A stretch of DNA of 61,449 nucleotides, filler included, from Chiloscyllium plagiosum (Eukaryota), in NCBI RefSeq assembly GCF_004010195.1. It is 4 parts of one record of this genome, joined end to end, with 100 filler letters (N's around TTAATTAATTAA, not from the genome) between each part and the next. Parts side by side here need not be neighbours in the genome. Positions count along the whole stretch, not along the records: positions 53,751 to 61,449 come from NC_057713.1; 3 more parts are not named here. One strand, given 5' to 3'. The notes beneath the pieces were generated by a model, which was given only the letters and a program-made list of their open reading frames with translations, made no database searches and was not told where the DNA came from. Each line of letters opens with the position of its first letter. Position 1 is the stretch's first letter. The translations under genes were made by a program, and so were the position numbers. Shown here piece by piece: positions 61,270 through 61,449 of the stretch.

Positions 61270-61449
61270 AACTGAAAATGTGTTGCTGGAAAAGCGCAGC
61301 AGGTCAGGCAGCATCCAAGGAGCAGGAGAATCGACGTTTCGGGCATGAGCCCTTCTTCAGGAATGAGGAAAGTGTGTCCAGCAGGCTAAGATAAAAGGTA
61401 GGGAGGGGGGACTTGGGGGATGCGATAGGTGGAAGGAGGTCAAGGTGAG
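61270..61449 (-). mobile_element. PLE family 1 terminal segment, hammerhead at 61329-61364, runs off the window
   Basis: near reverse complement of ~30-230. Confidence 0.85.

Noticed and set aside
1..61449. Inverted PLE segments at both window ends as termini of one giant element
   Set aside because: The family is abundant in both orientations, and three assembly gaps intervene.

Overview
Eukaryotic, repeat-dense, apparently intronic or intergenic DNA from a cartilaginous fish. HE1/V-SINEs and their CR1 partner LINEs point to an elasmobranch; a carpet or bamboo shark is my guess only. I recognise no host protein-coding gene. Nearly all listed ORFs are retroelement fragments or chance ORFs in SINEs and a minisatellite. 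Contents: about 14 HE1 SINEs, many CR1 fragments (ORF1 SGNH esterase, APE endonuclease, RT), an older CR1/L2-supergroup LINE, L2, RTE and Tx1 fragments, Deu-domain SINEs, three solo LTRs, Penelope-like element (PLE) RT and GIY-YIG fragments, a 1.2-kb minisatellite and three artificial assembly linkers. The most notable signal is a population of short PLE-derived insertions from three sequence families. Most carry a minimal type-I hammerhead ribozyme core (CUGAnGA-A-stem II-GAAA-palindrome-UH) with covarying stems. Several are delimited by 12-15 bp target-site duplications (TSDs), and many are fold-back or twin-primed inversions that break at the 5' edge of the ribozyme. Other oddities are a perfect 87-bp local duplication, a 78-bp PLE coding fragment flanked by a 75-bp duplication, a ~100-nt non-repeat hairpin, and a candidate 141-nt symmetric exon. 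All family assignments are by eye without database searches, and boundaries of old elements are approximate.
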